Notes under the pieces: model-generated
Told to the model about the DNA's origin: nothing
Database searches by the model: none
The model's input: the letters and a program-made list of their open reading frames with translations, nothing else
Assembly: GCA_963724295.1 (NCBI GenBank)
Contig: CAVRUC010000007.1
Coordinates: 32,001 to 96,000, forward strand
Direction: 5' to 3'
DNA length: 64,000 bases
Origin: an uncultured Chloroflexia bacterium
GTDB taxonomy: Bacteria > Chloroflexota > Chloroflexia > Thermomicrobiales > UBA6265
Translations under genes and position numbers: made by a program
Part shown: positions 34,779 through 45,347 of the stretch, piece after piece
Numbering within the stretch: the first letter of the stretch is position 1
Layout: each line of letters begins with the position of its first letter

Positions 34779-35717
34779 CGCGACGGTCAACGCGGTCACG
34801 GCATTGCGGGGACTCAGATCGCGGCGCGCAACGCGGGCAATGAGCGCCGTCAGCTCGGGCGACCGACCTGGTCCGGCCTCCAGGCGGCGGTCGAGCACCG
34901 CGCGCAACCCGGACAGCACTTCCGCGCGGGCGCCGCGCTCTCGCCGCACGCTGCGCTGGCCGCTTTCACCGAGCCAGGCATTGTGGTCGTCTATCGCGGC
35001 CAGTAGCTCTGAAATGCCGGATTCAGCGGTGGCAATCGTTTGCAAAACCGGCACGGGTCGACCATGACTTGGGTGCGCGAGGTCGAATGACGACCGGATG
35101 AGCCGTTGCGCATCCTCGGCTCCGGGCTGGTCCGCCTTGTTGATGACGACGATATCGCCGACCTCGAGCAGGCCGGACTTTATCGCCTGGACGCCGTCGC
35201 CGAGCCCGGGGGCTTCGACCACCACGACGGTGTCAGCGAGCGACGCGATATCGGTGCCGTCCTGGCCGGTGCCAACGGTCTCGATCAGTATCAACGGGTA
35301 GCCAACAGCATCGAGCAGATGGACGAGCCCGGCGGTCGCCCAGGCGAGTCCACCCTGTCGGCCGCGACTGGCCATGCTCCTGACGAACACACCGGCGTCA
35401 GCGTGACGGTTCATCATGCGGATACGATCGCCCAGCACCGCGCCGCCGGACAATGGGCTTGAAGGGTCGACCGCAATCACCGCCACGCGGCGATCCCCCG
35501 CACGGATGCGACCCAGGAGCGCCGCTACGAGCGTGCTCTTGCCGGCTCCGGGTGGCCCGGTGACCCCAACAACGTGAGCCTGCCCAGTGAGCGGAAAGAG
35601 CGCATCCAGCGCCTCGAGCCCGACGGGGTCTCCGTTCTCGACCAGAGTCGCCAGGCGAGGTAGCGCCCGCCGATTAGACCCCTGGAGCTGGAGGAGGACG
35701 TCGTTGGCGGTTACCAC
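34740..35717 (-). CDS. meaB: MeaB/ArgK GTPase metallochaperone
   Basis: [42 protein letters not shown]. Confidence 0.94.
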   Translation of the reverse strand: MVTANDVLLQLQGSNRRALPRLATLVENGDPVGLEALDALFPLTGQAHVVGVTGPPGAGKSTLVAALLGRIRAGDRRVAVIAVDPSSPLSGGAVLGDRIRMMNRHADAGVFVRSMASRGRQGGLAWATAGLVHLLDAVGYPLILIETVGTGQDGTDIASLADTVVVVEAPGLGDGVQAIKSGLLEVGDIVVINKADQPGAEDAQRLIRSSFDLAHPSHGRPVPVLQTIATAESGISELLAAIDDHNAWLGESGQRSVRRERGARAEVLSGLRAVLDRRLEAGPGRSPELTALIARVARRDLSPRNAVTALTVALDSPASRGTVGD

Positions 35718-36181
35718 AACGCTGACGGACGCGGGGCGTGTTCGCGAAGGTAGTTCACTATCGTCGCCAGCCTGGTCCCGGGGCCGAAGACCTCGGACAC
35801 TCCAAGCGCCTTGATCTGCGGGATATCCGCCTTGGGGATGGTGCCGCCGGCGACGACCAGGACGTCATCCAGGCCCCGCTCGCGCAAAGCGTCCATGATG
35901 CGGGGAAACAGCTCCATGTGCGCGCCCGAGAGAATGCTCAGGCCGATGACCTGGACATCCTCCTGCAGGGCGGCGGAGGCGATCATCTCCGGCGTCTGAA
36001 AGAGTCCGGTGTAGACGACCTCGAAGCCCGCGTCGCGGAGCGCCCGCACGAGGACTTTGGCGCCTCGGTCATGACCATCGAGTCCTGGTTTAGCGATCAG
36101 GACGCGGACCGGTGCATCGCGCGGATCGCCGCCATTCGGTTCCGCCGTGCCATGCGCGTCAGGTCGTTCGTGGGTCTCCAT
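35711..36181 (-). CDS. Cobalamin-binding small subunit of an acyl-CoA mutase
   Basis: [30 protein letters not shown]. Confidence 0.94.
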   Translation of the reverse strand: METHERPDAHGTAEPNGGDPRDAPVRVLIAKPGLDGHDRGAKVLVRALRDAGFEVVYTGLFQTPEMIASAALQEDVQVIGLSILSGAHMELFPRIMDALRERGLDDVLVVAGGTIPKADIPQIKALGVSEVFGPGTRLATIVNYLREHAPRPSALW

Positions 36182-36183
36182 GA

Positions 36184-37059
36184 TCAGTACTCAAAAAAGC
36201 CTTGTCCGGTCTTACGGCCGAGTTTTCCGGCGCCAACCATGCGCCGAAGCATCGGAGCCGGACGGTATTTGTCGTCGCCAAAGTCGTGATGCAGCGTCTC
36301 CAGGATGTCGAGGCAGACGTCGAGACCAATAAGGTCCGCCAGGGCTAGCGGACCCATTGGATGCGACATGCCGAGCTTCATCACTTCATCGATCGCCGCG
36401 GCGGGAGCGACGTCATCCTGAAGAGTGAAGATCGCCTCGTTGATCATTGGCAGGAGGATGCGATTGGCAACGAACCCCGGCGAGTCGTTGACCACCACAG
36501 GCGTCTTCCCGAGCGCTGCGACGAATTCGACCGACTTGGCGAGCGTCCGGTCCGACGTCTCGAGCCCGCGCACGATTTCTACCAACGGGAGCACTGGCAC
36601 CGGGTTGAAAAAATGGAGACCGAGGAAATGATCAGGTCTGCCCGAAGCACGACCGAGAGTCGAGATCGAGATCGATGACGTATTCGAGGCGAAAATCGAC
36701 CCCGGCACTGCAATCGCTGCTAATTCCTCAAACAGCGCTGATTTTGGCTCAGGCTTCTCAATGATTGCCTCGATGACAAGATTCGCGGTTGCGGCGTCCG
36801 CGATCGTACCGGGACTGAGGTTGGCGCGGAAACTCGCGATGTCCTCTGAGGAACGCCGACCAGTCTCGACCAGTCGCTGCCATCGCGACGCAATCGCCTC
36901 AAGACCTCGCTCGAGGCTGCCGATGTCGGCATCCATCAATGTCGTCCGGATGCCAGCCTGGGCGATGACCTGGGCGATGCCACTGCCCATGGTCCCGGCG
37001 CCGACGACAAGGACCTTCTCTATGGACGCGGGCTCGCAATTCACTGCCGTTTCGCTCAT
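36184..37059 (-). CDS. 3-hydroxybutyryl-CoA / 3-hydroxyacyl-CoA dehydrogenase
   Basis: [44 protein letters not shown]. Confidence 0.93.
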   Translation of the reverse strand: MSETAVNCEPASIEKVLVVGAGTMGSGIAQVIAQAGIRTTLMDADIGSLERGLEAIASRWQRLVETGRRSSEDIASFRANLSPGTIADAATANLVIEAIIEKPEPKSALFEELAAIAVPGSIFASNTSSISISTLGRASGRPDHFLGLHFFNPVPVLPLVEIVRGLETSDRTLAKSVEFVAALGKTPVVVNDSPGFVANRILLPMINEAIFTLQDDVAPAAAIDEVMKLGMSHPMGPLALADLIGLDVCLDILETLHHDFGDDKYRPAPMLRRMVGAGKLGRKTGQGFFEY

Positions 37060-37149
37060 GTCCAGGGGCCATCGCTCCTGAAAGATCGACGACCTGCGCT
37101 CGCCCGATTGTACGTGCCCCGGCAATGGAGCGCGGGCGCGGTCACCTGA

Positions 37150-37749
37150 CTAGCGTTCTTCGATCGGCGGCGCCGATCCATTCTCCGACTCGGGCGCGCG
37201 GTTGCAGCGGTTCATGGCGTCGATGATGCCGTTCCTCTCCCATTCCAGCACGCAATCGGCCGCTGCCTGGAGCACCGCCGGCAGTACCCGCTCTTCATCC
37301 GAGGTGAAACGGGAGAGTACCTGACGCGTTGCGGGCCCGGGTCCGCGCCCAATCCCAATTCGCATCCTGGAGAATGCGTCGATTCCCAGTTCCGCAATGA
37401 TTGATTTGAGCCCGTTATGACCGCCCGAGCCGCCCTTGGCGCGGAGCCGGAACGAGCCGAAGGGAAGGTCGATGTCGTCCACCACAACAAGCAGGTCGTC
37501 TAGCGGCGTCTTGTACCAGTTGACCGCTTCCCGGACCGCCGACCCACTGAGGTTCATGTACGTGCGCGGCTTGAGCAGCACCACCTTTTCTCCCCCGTCG
37601 AAGACTTCGACAAGGTCAGAGCGAAAGCGATTCCGTCGTTCACTGGCGGCGAGGCGCCGGGCAAGCTCGTCCACAACCATGAACCCGAGGTTGTGCCGCG
37701 TTGCGGCATACTCCCGGCCCGGGTTCCCCAGCCCCACGACAATCTTCAC
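37150..37749 (-). CDS. pth: Peptidyl-tRNA hydrolase
   Basis: VGLGNPG, TRHNLGF, TYMNLSG, GGHNGLKSI, RIGIGR. Confidence 0.97.
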   Translation of the reverse strand: MKIVVGLGNPGREYAATRHNLGFMVVDELARRLAASERRNRFRSDLVEVFDGGEKVVLLKPRTYMNLSGSAVREAVNWYKTPLDDLLVVVDDIDLPFGSFRLRAKGGSGGHNGLKSIIAELGIDAFSRMRIGIGRGPGPATRQVLSRFTSDEERVLPAVLQAAADCVLEWERNGIIDAMNRCNRAPESENGSAPPIEER

Positions 37750-37874
37750 AAGCCAGACGCCTCTCAAGCCGTTGCCGCACCGCCCCGGTGTTATACTCGC
37801 GCCGCGATTCTGCCACGGCGGCTCGTTCTTGATGCTTCAGGCAGAAATTCTTTCCCAGAGAAGGTGCACCTCCC

Positions 37875-38525
37875 ATGTTTGGCATCGGATACCAGGAAAT
37901 GTTCATCGTCCTGGTCGTCGCTTTGGTCATCTTCGGGCCAAGCCGCCTGCCCGAGCTTGCTGGCCAGGTAGGCAGGTGGGTGCGTGACTTCCGGCGCATG
38001 AGCTCCGATCTCACAGGCGAGTTCGAGAAGACGTTCGCCGAGGTCGATGAGGTCAAGAAGACCTTCAAACGCGAGATGCAAGGCATCCAGCAAGAAGTCG
38101 AAGGGATCGGCAAGAGCGCGCGCGGTGATCTGAAGAAGTCCGGGGCCAAGGCCATTGGCGACGGCAAGAAATCCTCGAGCCTCGCCGGCAAGAAAGGAAC
38201 CGCTGCCGCGGCGACAGCGGCGAACCCGGCACGGTCGACTTCGTCGAGCAAGACCAGTCCCACGGCGAAGGATGTTGCGGCCAATGGCGCGCGGGCGAAG
38301 ACCGGACCAAATGGCAAGCTCGGCGGCATCGCCGCGGGCACAATGCCGGTCGCCACGAAAGCCGATCCTCTGGCCGACGTCTCGTTCTTTGATCTCGACG
38401 TCGAGTTCCCGGCCGCGAAGAACGGCGCATCGGCGGGGGCCAACGGAGCGGCCGCGGACGATCCCGTGAGTCGCGTGCGCCGCCGGCGCGCCGCATCCGC
38501 CTATGCCCAGCGGAACAGCGCCTGA
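37875..38525 (+). CDS. TatA/TatB family subunit with long Lys/Ala-rich tail
   Basis: MFGIGYQEMFIVLVVALVIFGPSRLPE plus amphipathic helix; AAGGTG SD; TGtTATACT -10 near 37790. Confidence 0.88.
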   Translation: MFGIGYQEMFIVLVVALVIFGPSRLPELAGQVGRWVRDFRRMSSDLTGEFEKTFAEVDEVKKTFKREMQGIQQEVEGIGKSARGDLKKSGAKAIGDGKKSSSLAGKKGTAAAATAANPARSTSSSKTSPTAKDVAANGARAKTGPNGKLGGIAAGTMPVATKADPLADVSFFDLDVEFPAAKNGASAGANGAAADDPVSRVRRRRAASAYAQRNSA

Positions 38526-38552
38526 CCTCGGCTCAATCCTCGTGCCTCAACA

Positions 38553-39785
38553 GTGAAATCCACTCTCGATGATCTAACGGCGGCCCCGACCACTCTGGGC
38601 AGCTCTTCCGGCAATGAGGCGACGACTACAGACGGGATCCCCGGACCGTTTCGATTCGAGGTGGTCGCCGTCGATAGCGTCAGCGGCGCTCGCCGCGGCC
38701 GGATGACGACGGGTCATGGAGTGGTCGAAACCCCGGCGTTCATGCCAGTCGGGACCCAGGCCACCGTCAAGACGCTTCTGCCGCAAGAGGTGCGTGCCAC
38801 GGGCGCGCAAATCATCCTCGCCAACACTTACCACCTCATGCTTCGGCCGGGTCTGGAAACGCTTGTCGCGGCAGGGGGATTGCACCGGTTCATGGGTTGG
38901 GACGGTCCGATCCTGACCGATAGCGGTGGCTTCCAGATCTTCAGCCTGGCCGGCAACGTACGCGTCCGCGAACACGGAGTGACATTTCGGTCTCACATCG
39001 ACGGCAGTCAGCGCGAGCTCACGCCGGAGACAGCGGTGGGACTGCAGCTCGGCTGGGGATCCGACATCGTCATGGCGCTGGATCATCTGGTTGGTCTGCC
39101 GGCGGATGTCGCCTCGGTGGGAGACGCCACTGAACGGACGCACCGCTGGCTCGACCGCTGCGTCGCTGCGTTTGCAGACGCCGCTGGCGTGAAACGGGCG
39201 GCGCTTTTCGGCATTTGCCAGGGTGGTATGGATCCCAACCTACGGCGCCAAAGCGCGGCCGCAATTTCCGCGGCGGCCGTTGCGGGGTGCGCGATTGGCG
39301 GGCTGAGCGTCGGCGAGCCAAAACCCGTCATGGCTGAGATGCTCGAAATCGTTGCCGAGATCCTGCCGGTCGACAAACCGCGCTACTTGATGGGCGTCGG
39401 TTCACCGGAAGACTTGTGGATGGGCGTGGCGCGAGGGGTCGATCTCTTCGACTGTGTCTTGCCGACCCGATTGGCCCGCAACGGAGCACTGTTCACTCCG
39501 ACGGGACGTGTCAATATCAAACAGCGCCGGTTCGCTGACGTCCATGGACCGCTCGACGCGGAGTGTGACTGCGACACCTGTACCCAGTTCAGCGCCGCCT
39601 ATCTCCATCACTTGTTCCGCGCCGGCGAAGTTCTCGGATTGCGCCTGGCCTCCATCCACAATCTTCGCTTTCTCGCGAACCAGATCGAAACGATCAAGTG
39701 CGCGATCGAGCAGAACTCGTTTGTGTCCGCCCAGGCATCGTTCCTCGGCCGGTATCGTCCCGTAGTGCGTGCGCACGACGCCTAG
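38553..39785 (+). CDS. tgt: tRNA-guanine transglycosylase
   Basis: TPAFMPVGT, NTYHL, TDSGGFQ, GGLSVGE, RYLMGVG, CDCDTC, HNL. Confidence 0.97.
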   Translation: MKSTLDDLTAAPTTLGSSSGNEATTTDGIPGPFRFEVVAVDSVSGARRGRMTTGHGVVETPAFMPVGTQATVKTLLPQEVRATGAQIILANTYHLMLRPGLETLVAAGGLHRFMGWDGPILTDSGGFQIFSLAGNVRVREHGVTFRSHIDGSQRELTPETAVGLQLGWGSDIVMALDHLVGLPADVASVGDATERTHRWLDRCVAAFADAAGVKRAALFGICQGGMDPNLRRQSAAAISAAAVAGCAIGGLSVGEPKPVMAEMLEIVAEILPVDKPRYLMGVGSPEDLWMGVARGVDLFDCVLPTRLARNGALFTPTGRVNIKQRRFADVHGPLDAECDCDTCTQFSAAYLHHLFRAGEVLGLRLASIHNLRFLANQIETIKCAIEQNSFVSAQASFLGRYRPVVRAHDA

Positions 39786-39892
39786 CTGCTCGGCCGAGAG
39801 CGATGCAGCCAGCGTCGAGCGGGGCTTCCGCTGCTGCCGAGTACAATCGTGGCCGAACGGCGGGAGATCGATTGCGGCGATACCAACCCGAA

Positions 39893-40348
39893 ATGGACCC
39901 TGAGCGATGCGGCGCGGTGGCGGTCGGAATCGACACCATCGAAATCGCCCGCATCCGGCGCACCCTTGCCGATTTCGGCGATCGGTTCCTGCAACGTGTC
40001 TACACGGAGCAGGAACGGGAGCGCTACGGTTCGCGAGTTTCCGAGCTCGCGGCTCGTTTTGCCGCCAAAGAGGCAACGTCGAAGGCGCTTGGCACTGGTA
40101 TCCGGGGCATTCGCTGGCGGGAGATGGAAGTCCTTGCCAATCGGCGCGGGAAGCCGGTGTTGATCTTGCATGGCAGCGCGGCGGAGCGCGCCGCCCAATT
40201 GGGCCTCGTCGACTTCGACGTCTCACTCACCCACTCGCGGACGGATGCGATAGCGTTTGTCGTTGGCTTGAAGCAGGCGGGTGCGGCAGACGCGAATTCC
40301 AGCAGCATGAAAAGTGAGGGCGAACTTGCCTCGTCAGAGCGGAGCTAA
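39893..40348 (+). CDS. acpS: Holo-ACP synthase (start uncertain)
   Basis: GIDTIE, AARFAAKEA, GKP, SLTH. Confidence 0.94.
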   Translation: MDPERCGAVAVGIDTIEIARIRRTLADFGDRFLQRVYTEQERERYGSRVSELAARFAAKEATSKALGTGIRGIRWREMEVLANRRGKPVLILHGSAAERAAQLGLVDFDVSLTHSRTDAIAFVVGLKQAGAADANSSSMKSEGELASSERS

Positions 40349-41327
40349 ACAGACCGACCCGGCAGCCGAGACCATCACCGAGGATTGGGCCGCGTCGGTT
40401 CTCCCGCGCCGCCGGTCGGGTGCGCACAAATGGAGCGTAGGGGGCATCGTCATCGTCGCTGGGTCGCCACCGTTTGCCGGAGCGGCCGCGCTCTGTTGTG
40501 CCGGAGCGGGACGCTCCGGGGCGGGGATCATTTCAGCCGCACTTCCACGATCGATCGCACCGGTCGTCGTCGGCCTCGTTCCGGAGGTGACTGTTGTCAT
40601 CCTCCCGGAGGGGGAGAGCACCTCGGTGGCAATCCGTGCGGCTGAAGCGATCGGCGAGCGGTTGGAGAGGTCAGCAGCGATGGTCGTCGGGCCCGGACTG
40701 GGCGATGATGCCGCCACCGCAGCGCTGCTCGGAACTCTCTTTGGTTTCACCAGGGTCCGCGGCACCATCGGATTTGGAACAGCCTCGTCAGGACCGGACA
40801 CCAACGGTCTCGAGGGGGCTATCGCTGCCGCCGGCAAGCCAGTCGTCATCGATGCCGATGGGCTCAACTGGCTTGCACAGCAGGAGGGTTGGTGGGAACG
40901 CGTCCCGACCGAGCTCATCGTCCTCACACCACATCCCGGCGAGATGTCCCGCCTCTTCGGCGTCGATATTGATGAGATAGTGTCCAGTCCGGAAGGTGTC
41001 GCACGCGACGCGGCCACTCGATGGCGGCAGACGGTGGTCCTGAAGGGCGGTCGGACCGTTGTTGCCAGCGCGGACGGGACTGTCCGTGGCGTAGATGCCC
41101 CGCCGTCGCTCGCGACCGCAGGCAGTGGCGATGTGCTCTGCGGCTCGATTGGCGCGTTGCTGGCGCAAGGACTCAGCGGCCCGGATGCCGCAGCGCTAGC
41201 GGTTTTCGTCGGGTGTCGGGCCGCGGAACGCGTGGCGGCGCAGTATGGAACCCTGGGAGTTGTCGCCGGTGATCTGCCGGATGCAATCTCGGCAGAGCTT
41301 CGCGCGCTCGAGGAGTTGGGAGCCTAG
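40314..41327 (+). CDS. nnrD: NAD(P)H-hydrate dehydratase (standalone YjeF C-terminal domain; start uncertain)
   Basis: HK..G, GPGLG, DADGL, LTPHPGEM, LKG, LATAGSGDVL. Confidence 0.92.
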   Translation: MRANLPRQSGAKQTDPAAETITEDWAASVLPRRRSGAHKWSVGGIVIVAGSPPFAGAAALCCAGAGRSGAGIISAALPRSIAPVVVGLVPEVTVVILPEGESTSVAIRAAEAIGERLERSAAMVVGPGLGDDAATAALLGTLFGFTRVRGTIGFGTASSGPDTNGLEGAIAAAGKPVVIDADGLNWLAQQEGWWERVPTELIVLTPHPGEMSRLFGVDIDEIVSSPEGVARDAATRWRQTVVLKGGRTVVASADGTVRGVDAPPSLATAGSGDVLCGSIGALLAQGLSGPDAAALAVFVGCRAAERVAAQYGTLGVVAGDLPDAISAELRALEELGA

Positions 41328-41328
41328 C

Positions 41329-41832
41329 ATGGGGTCGGGAACGGAACCTACCGTCAGAGATGTCATGCGGCATGAGGTACCAACGGCCTCGCCGGCGACC
41401 CCAATTGCCGAACTCGCCAGGCTGATGGTCGAGCACCATGTTCCCGGCCTGCCGGTGATCGCTCGAGGTGAACTCGTCGGGATCGTAACCGAGGCCGATC
41501 TCATCCAGCGCGAGGCCACCGTCGACATGCCGTCGATCGTCACATTCCTGGACGCGGTCATCGTCGCGGATGCAGGAACACCGTTTGAAGAGGAGCTACG
41601 CCGGGTCGTGGCCACCACAGCGGAGGAGTTGATGACCTCGCCGGTCATCAGCATCCGGGATTCCGCGACAGTAGCGGAGCTCGCCACACTCATGCTCCAG
41701 CAGCGCGTCAACCCGGTACCGGTTGTCGACGACGGCCGGCAGATCGTGGGTCTCGCGACGCGAAGTGGACTCATCGAACTGATCGCGCGGCTGGAGTCCG
41801 TTTCCTCGCGTCAAAACTCCGGCGGGAGCTAA
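41329..41832 (+). CDS. CBS-domain pair protein
   Basis: VRDVM..GLPV..LVGIVTEADL; ELMT..PVPVVD..IVGL. Confidence 0.9.
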   Translation: MGSGTEPTVRDVMRHEVPTASPATPIAELARLMVEHHVPGLPVIARGELVGIVTEADLIQREATVDMPSIVTFLDAVIVADAGTPFEEELRRVVATTAEELMTSPVISIRDSATVAELATLMLQQRVNPVPVVDDGRQIVGLATRSGLIELIARLESVSSRQNSGGS

Positions 41833-41849
41833 CTGCGACGAGGACTGCG

Positions 41850-43082
41850 GTGGCGCCTCCCTCCAAGATTGATATCCGTGGACTTCGTGCCACTCGCGCC
41901 ATCATCGATCTCGATGCAATCGAAGGCAATGTTCGGGTGCTTCGCGGGGTCCTGCCGAGGACCACTCAACTCATGGCTGTCGTCAAGGCCGACGCGTATG
42001 GGCACGGCGCCCCCTGGGTCGCTCGTGCCGCACTCGATGCCGGCGCCGCGCTGCTGGGCGTGGCGACTGTTGGCGAAGGACAAGTACTCCGGGCGCATGG
42101 GATAGACGCGCCGATCGTGCTGCTCGGCTCGATCGACGCGGCCGAAGCTCCGGCGGCGTGTGAGGCCGGCCTGGAGATTACCGTCGCCAGCGAGTGGCTG
42201 CTGGAATCCGTGCAGCGGGCGGCGGAGTGGCGCGCCGCACGCCGCCGGTCCCGGTTCATCTCAAGGTCGATACCGGACTGCGTCGCTACGGCGCCACCGC
42301 CTCCGAGGCGGTAGCGCTCGCGACCCGGATAGCGAGCGACCCATGTCTTCGCCTGGCCAGTATCTTCACGCACTTCGCCTCCGCGGACGAACCGGATGAG
42401 CCATTTACGACCGCACAGCTTCAGGAGTTCGAACAGGTGGTGGGCGCTGTACGGGCGTCTGGAGTGGCGCTGCCGCCGCTCCACGCAGCAAACAGCGCCG
42501 GGATCCTCACCAACCGCTGCAGCGACTACGGCATCGCGCGACCCGGTATCGCGCTGTATGGAGTGCCGCCTTCGCCGGAGGTGCCGTTGTTGCCCGGCAT
42601 GCGCCCTGGCATCACGGATCGAGAGCCGTATCACGCGCCTGATTACCGTGGCGCCCGGAGACACTGTTGGGTACAACCGAACGTTTCGGGCCGACGCGCC
42701 GATGCGCGCTGCATTGCTGCCTATCGGGTATGCCGACGGCTACCGGCGCGCACTCTCCGGCCGCGCCTGGGTCGGAATCGATGGCCGGCAGGCCCCCGTG
42801 ATTGGCCGCGTCTCAATGGATCAAATCGTCGTTGGGATACCCGACGGAGCGCGGGCGGCCCTCGGCGACATTGTGACCGTGATGGGCGGAGACCAGCGGT
42901 CGGGAGCGCCCTCGATCGAGGACATGGCTGACTTGATGGGCACCAACGGCTACGAAGTGCTTGTGGGAATCCGGAAGCGGGTACCACGAGTTTTCTTGCG
43001 GGATGGAGAACCTGTCGCGGCGCGGGTCAGCGGCAACACTGAGATCTGGATCGAGCCAAGCTCTGACCCAATCCAGATCTAG
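41850..43082 (+). CDS. alr: Alanine racemase (two frameshifts, near 42225 and 42608)
   Basis: AVVKADAYGHG; HLKVDTG, THFASAD, RPGIALYG; IGYADG, GRVSMDQ spread across three ORF pieces. Confidence 0.93.
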
Positions 43083-43624
43083 CCCTGCGCGGATAGCTCC
43101 GCGGCGACTCGCTTTAGATTGTCTATGTCGCGACGCACGACGAAGGTTCGGCCGCTCATATCGTCCCGCACATAGTTGAGCGTGCGGTCATCCATCCAGC
43201 GGTAGATAGTCGGGCGCGTTACACCGAGCTGTTGCGCCGCGTTGCCGATACTGACCAGTTCTGTCGGATCGTAGGCGCGATACTTTGCGAGCGCGAGCAT
43301 GCGTCCAAGATCCGTGTCCCAGAATGAGCGAGGAACCGTGTAGTCCTCCGCGGCGGCCGGCCAGAAGAGCACCTGGAGAACAGCGTCGATTGCGGAGAGG
43401 ACGAGATCTTTCGCCTCGCGGACCTCACCTCTGGCCAGTGCCGCCAGCCGCTGGAGGTCTCGGCCGAGAGGTCCTCCCTGGAGCTCGCTAAGCGTCAACT
43501 CCCGAAAGGACTCGGGATGCAACTGGCTAATCAAACGATGGTGCTGGCTATAGACGAGCTGGAGCGCATCGTCGATCGCCGCTTGGTAGTCCGGCAACCC
43601 TGACTCCACGGGTTCTCCTTTCAT
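43079..43624 (-). CDS. DNA-binding protein with C-terminal MerR/Xis-like HTH
   Basis: LVSIGNAAQQLGVTRPTIYRW..TFVVRRDI; N-terminal ~115 aa unrecognised. Confidence 0.8.
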   Translation of the reverse strand: MKGEPVESGLPDYQAAIDDALQLVYSQHHRLISQLHPESFRELTLSELQGGPLGRDLQRLAALARGEVREAKDLVLSAIDAVLQVLFWPAAAEDYTVPRSFWDTDLGRMLALAKYRAYDPTELVSIGNAAQQLGVTRPTIYRWMDDRTLNYVRDDMSGRTFVVRRDIDNLKRVAAELSAQG

Positions 43625-43905
43625 CCGTGCGGCAAAACCGGCTCATCGGCGAAGGATGCGCGAGTACGGTCAGAGTGTACGCTCAGCATAGCAGAGGGTC
43701 AACAGCGCACTGTTCGTTCAGAAGAAACCGGTACCCATGGATGGCCAGTACGCGGTACGCCTTTCGAAAGTTCCGTGACGGTGACAAATTGACAACCTGA
43801 TGGATAACAGATTTGCGAGGCTGATCCGCCGCGAGAGGTTCGGTTAGCGAATTCCGGTGCTTCCCTGAGACTTATCCAAGGCACCAAACGCGCCGGGTGC
43901 GGCGA

Positions 43906-44274
43906 TCAGCGACCGGTAATGATGCCGCGTACAGCAAGTCCGAAGATAAACAGCGCGACGAGACTGTAGATCAAGAGAGCCTGCCGCTGGTTCCGCGCTC
44001 GCAGATATGACCACGCGAACGGCAGTACCAGCACCGCCGTGAGTCCGTACAGATAGTGCGTAGCCGTGGTCGGTCGCGCGCCTGTCGCGACCATCGCCGC
44101 TCCTGCACCCGCCTGGGTCAGGACGAGCGCCTCGCCGATCGCCAGCGCTCCTGCGTAACTGCCAGACATCGAGTGGCCCCGGAGATATGAGAAGATTCCC
44201 CATCCTCCGACCGCGGCCATGAAAAGCATCATGGTGATCGAGAGGCGATCGTGAAGAAGCGCGAAGAGGTCCAA
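43906..44274 (-). CDS. Small 4-TM membrane protein
   Basis: Four hydrophobic segments, HYLYG motif. Confidence 0.75.
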   Translation of the reverse strand: MDLFALLHDRLSITMMLFMAAVGGWGIFSYLRGHSMSGSYAGALAIGEALVLTQAGAGAAMVATGARPTTATHYLYGLTAVLVLPFAWSYLRARNQRQALLIYSLVALFIFGLAVRGIITGR

Positions 44275-44324
44275 CGTGATAACGCCCCGTCCCTGGGTCT
44301 ACGACCGACGAAGTAACGGACTCA

Positions 44325-45188
44325 TCACGGTCGATCCCGTCCCGCAAGGACTCGTTTGTCCGTATTTGCGCTGGGAACCACAAGGTCAAGCGAGAGTTGG
44401 GCGATTCCCGGCTTGGCGGTGTCTGGAGACCACGTTTCATTGATGTCCCGCCGCGGCAATGCGTGCAGATCGAGCCGCAGGCCCGCCTGAGAGAGGCGGC
44501 GCTGAACCGTTGTTTTGGCAAGCTGTGGCCGGTTGTTGGTCTCGGACAGGTGGGCCAACCAGACGGTCGGCGGTGCAGCCGAACCCCGGATGGCCTGCGC
44601 AAGCAGCTCAGCGCAGCCAGTGTTTGAAAGGTGGCCCGAGTCCGACAGAATGCGACGCTGCAAGCGCTCGGGATAGGGACCCCGACGAAGCATCGCCTCG
44701 TCGTGGTTTGCTTCCAGAACGACGAGCCGCGACTCGGCGACCGCGTCGATAGCCGCCGGGGAAGGACAACCGAGGTCCGTGATCACGGTGACCGACCCCG
44801 CGGCGGAGCGGATCAAGAACCCGCAGGGCTCTGCAGCGTCATGGCACACAGGAATAGCCACCACCTCGACATCGGCGAGTCGCACGGGGTTGTTCACGCG
44901 AGTTTCTTCCCACAATCGCGGTGGTACGTTCGCCGCGCGCGCCGAACCGCGCGTGCTGAGGACCGCCGTGTTTTGCCCGATGAAGCGAGGCAGCTCCTGA
45001 ATGTGGTCGCTGTGCTCGTGGCTGATCAACACCGCGTCGATATTGGTCATGGTGAGCCCGACGGCGGAAAGCGCACGCTGCAGTCGTCGCACGCCAACCC
45101 CGCAGTCGACCAGCAGGACGGCTTCCGCCGTTCGCACCAGGAGCGCATTCCCGGAGCTGCCGCTGCCAAGACTTGTTACTGCCAGCAA
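44325..45188 (-). CDS. MBL-fold metallo-hydrolase (YycJ/WalJ-like)
   Basis: SGSSGN, HEHSDH, TDLG, LEANHD, GHLSN, HLSETNN. Confidence 0.9.
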   Translation of the reverse strand: MLAVTSLGSGSSGNALLVRTAEAVLLVDCGVGVRRLQRALSAVGLTMTNIDAVLISHEHSDHIQELPRFIGQNTAVLSTRGSARAANVPPRLWEETRVNNPVRLADVEVVAIPVCHDAAEPCGFLIRSAAGSVTVITDLGCPSPAAIDAVAESRLVVLEANHDEAMLRRGPYPERLQRRILSDSGHLSNTGCAELLAQAIRGSAAPPTVWLAHLSETNNRPQLAKTTVQRRLSQAGLRLDLHALPRRDINETWSPDTAKPGIAQLSLDLVVPSANTDKRVLAGRDRP

Positions 45189-45347
45189 TCTGGGCTCTCC
45201 GGATCAGAGACTCACTGCCGAAAGTCCGCGTACTTCATGCAGGGTACACTGACTACCGCCCGGCAGTCGTGATACTCCGGAAATACCCCTGTGGCTGGTC
45301 TGCGCATCTGGTCGGAAAGACTCTGAACTGAGAAGGGCTCCCTCTCT

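Noticed and set aside
39893..41327. AcpS-NnrD fusion broken by a frameshift
   Set aside because: Both ORFs are complete domains and nnrD has its own plausible start; no evidence for fusion
43079..43624. Prophage excisionase or mobile element
   Set aside because: No integrase, att duplication or phage genes; flanked by housekeeping genes
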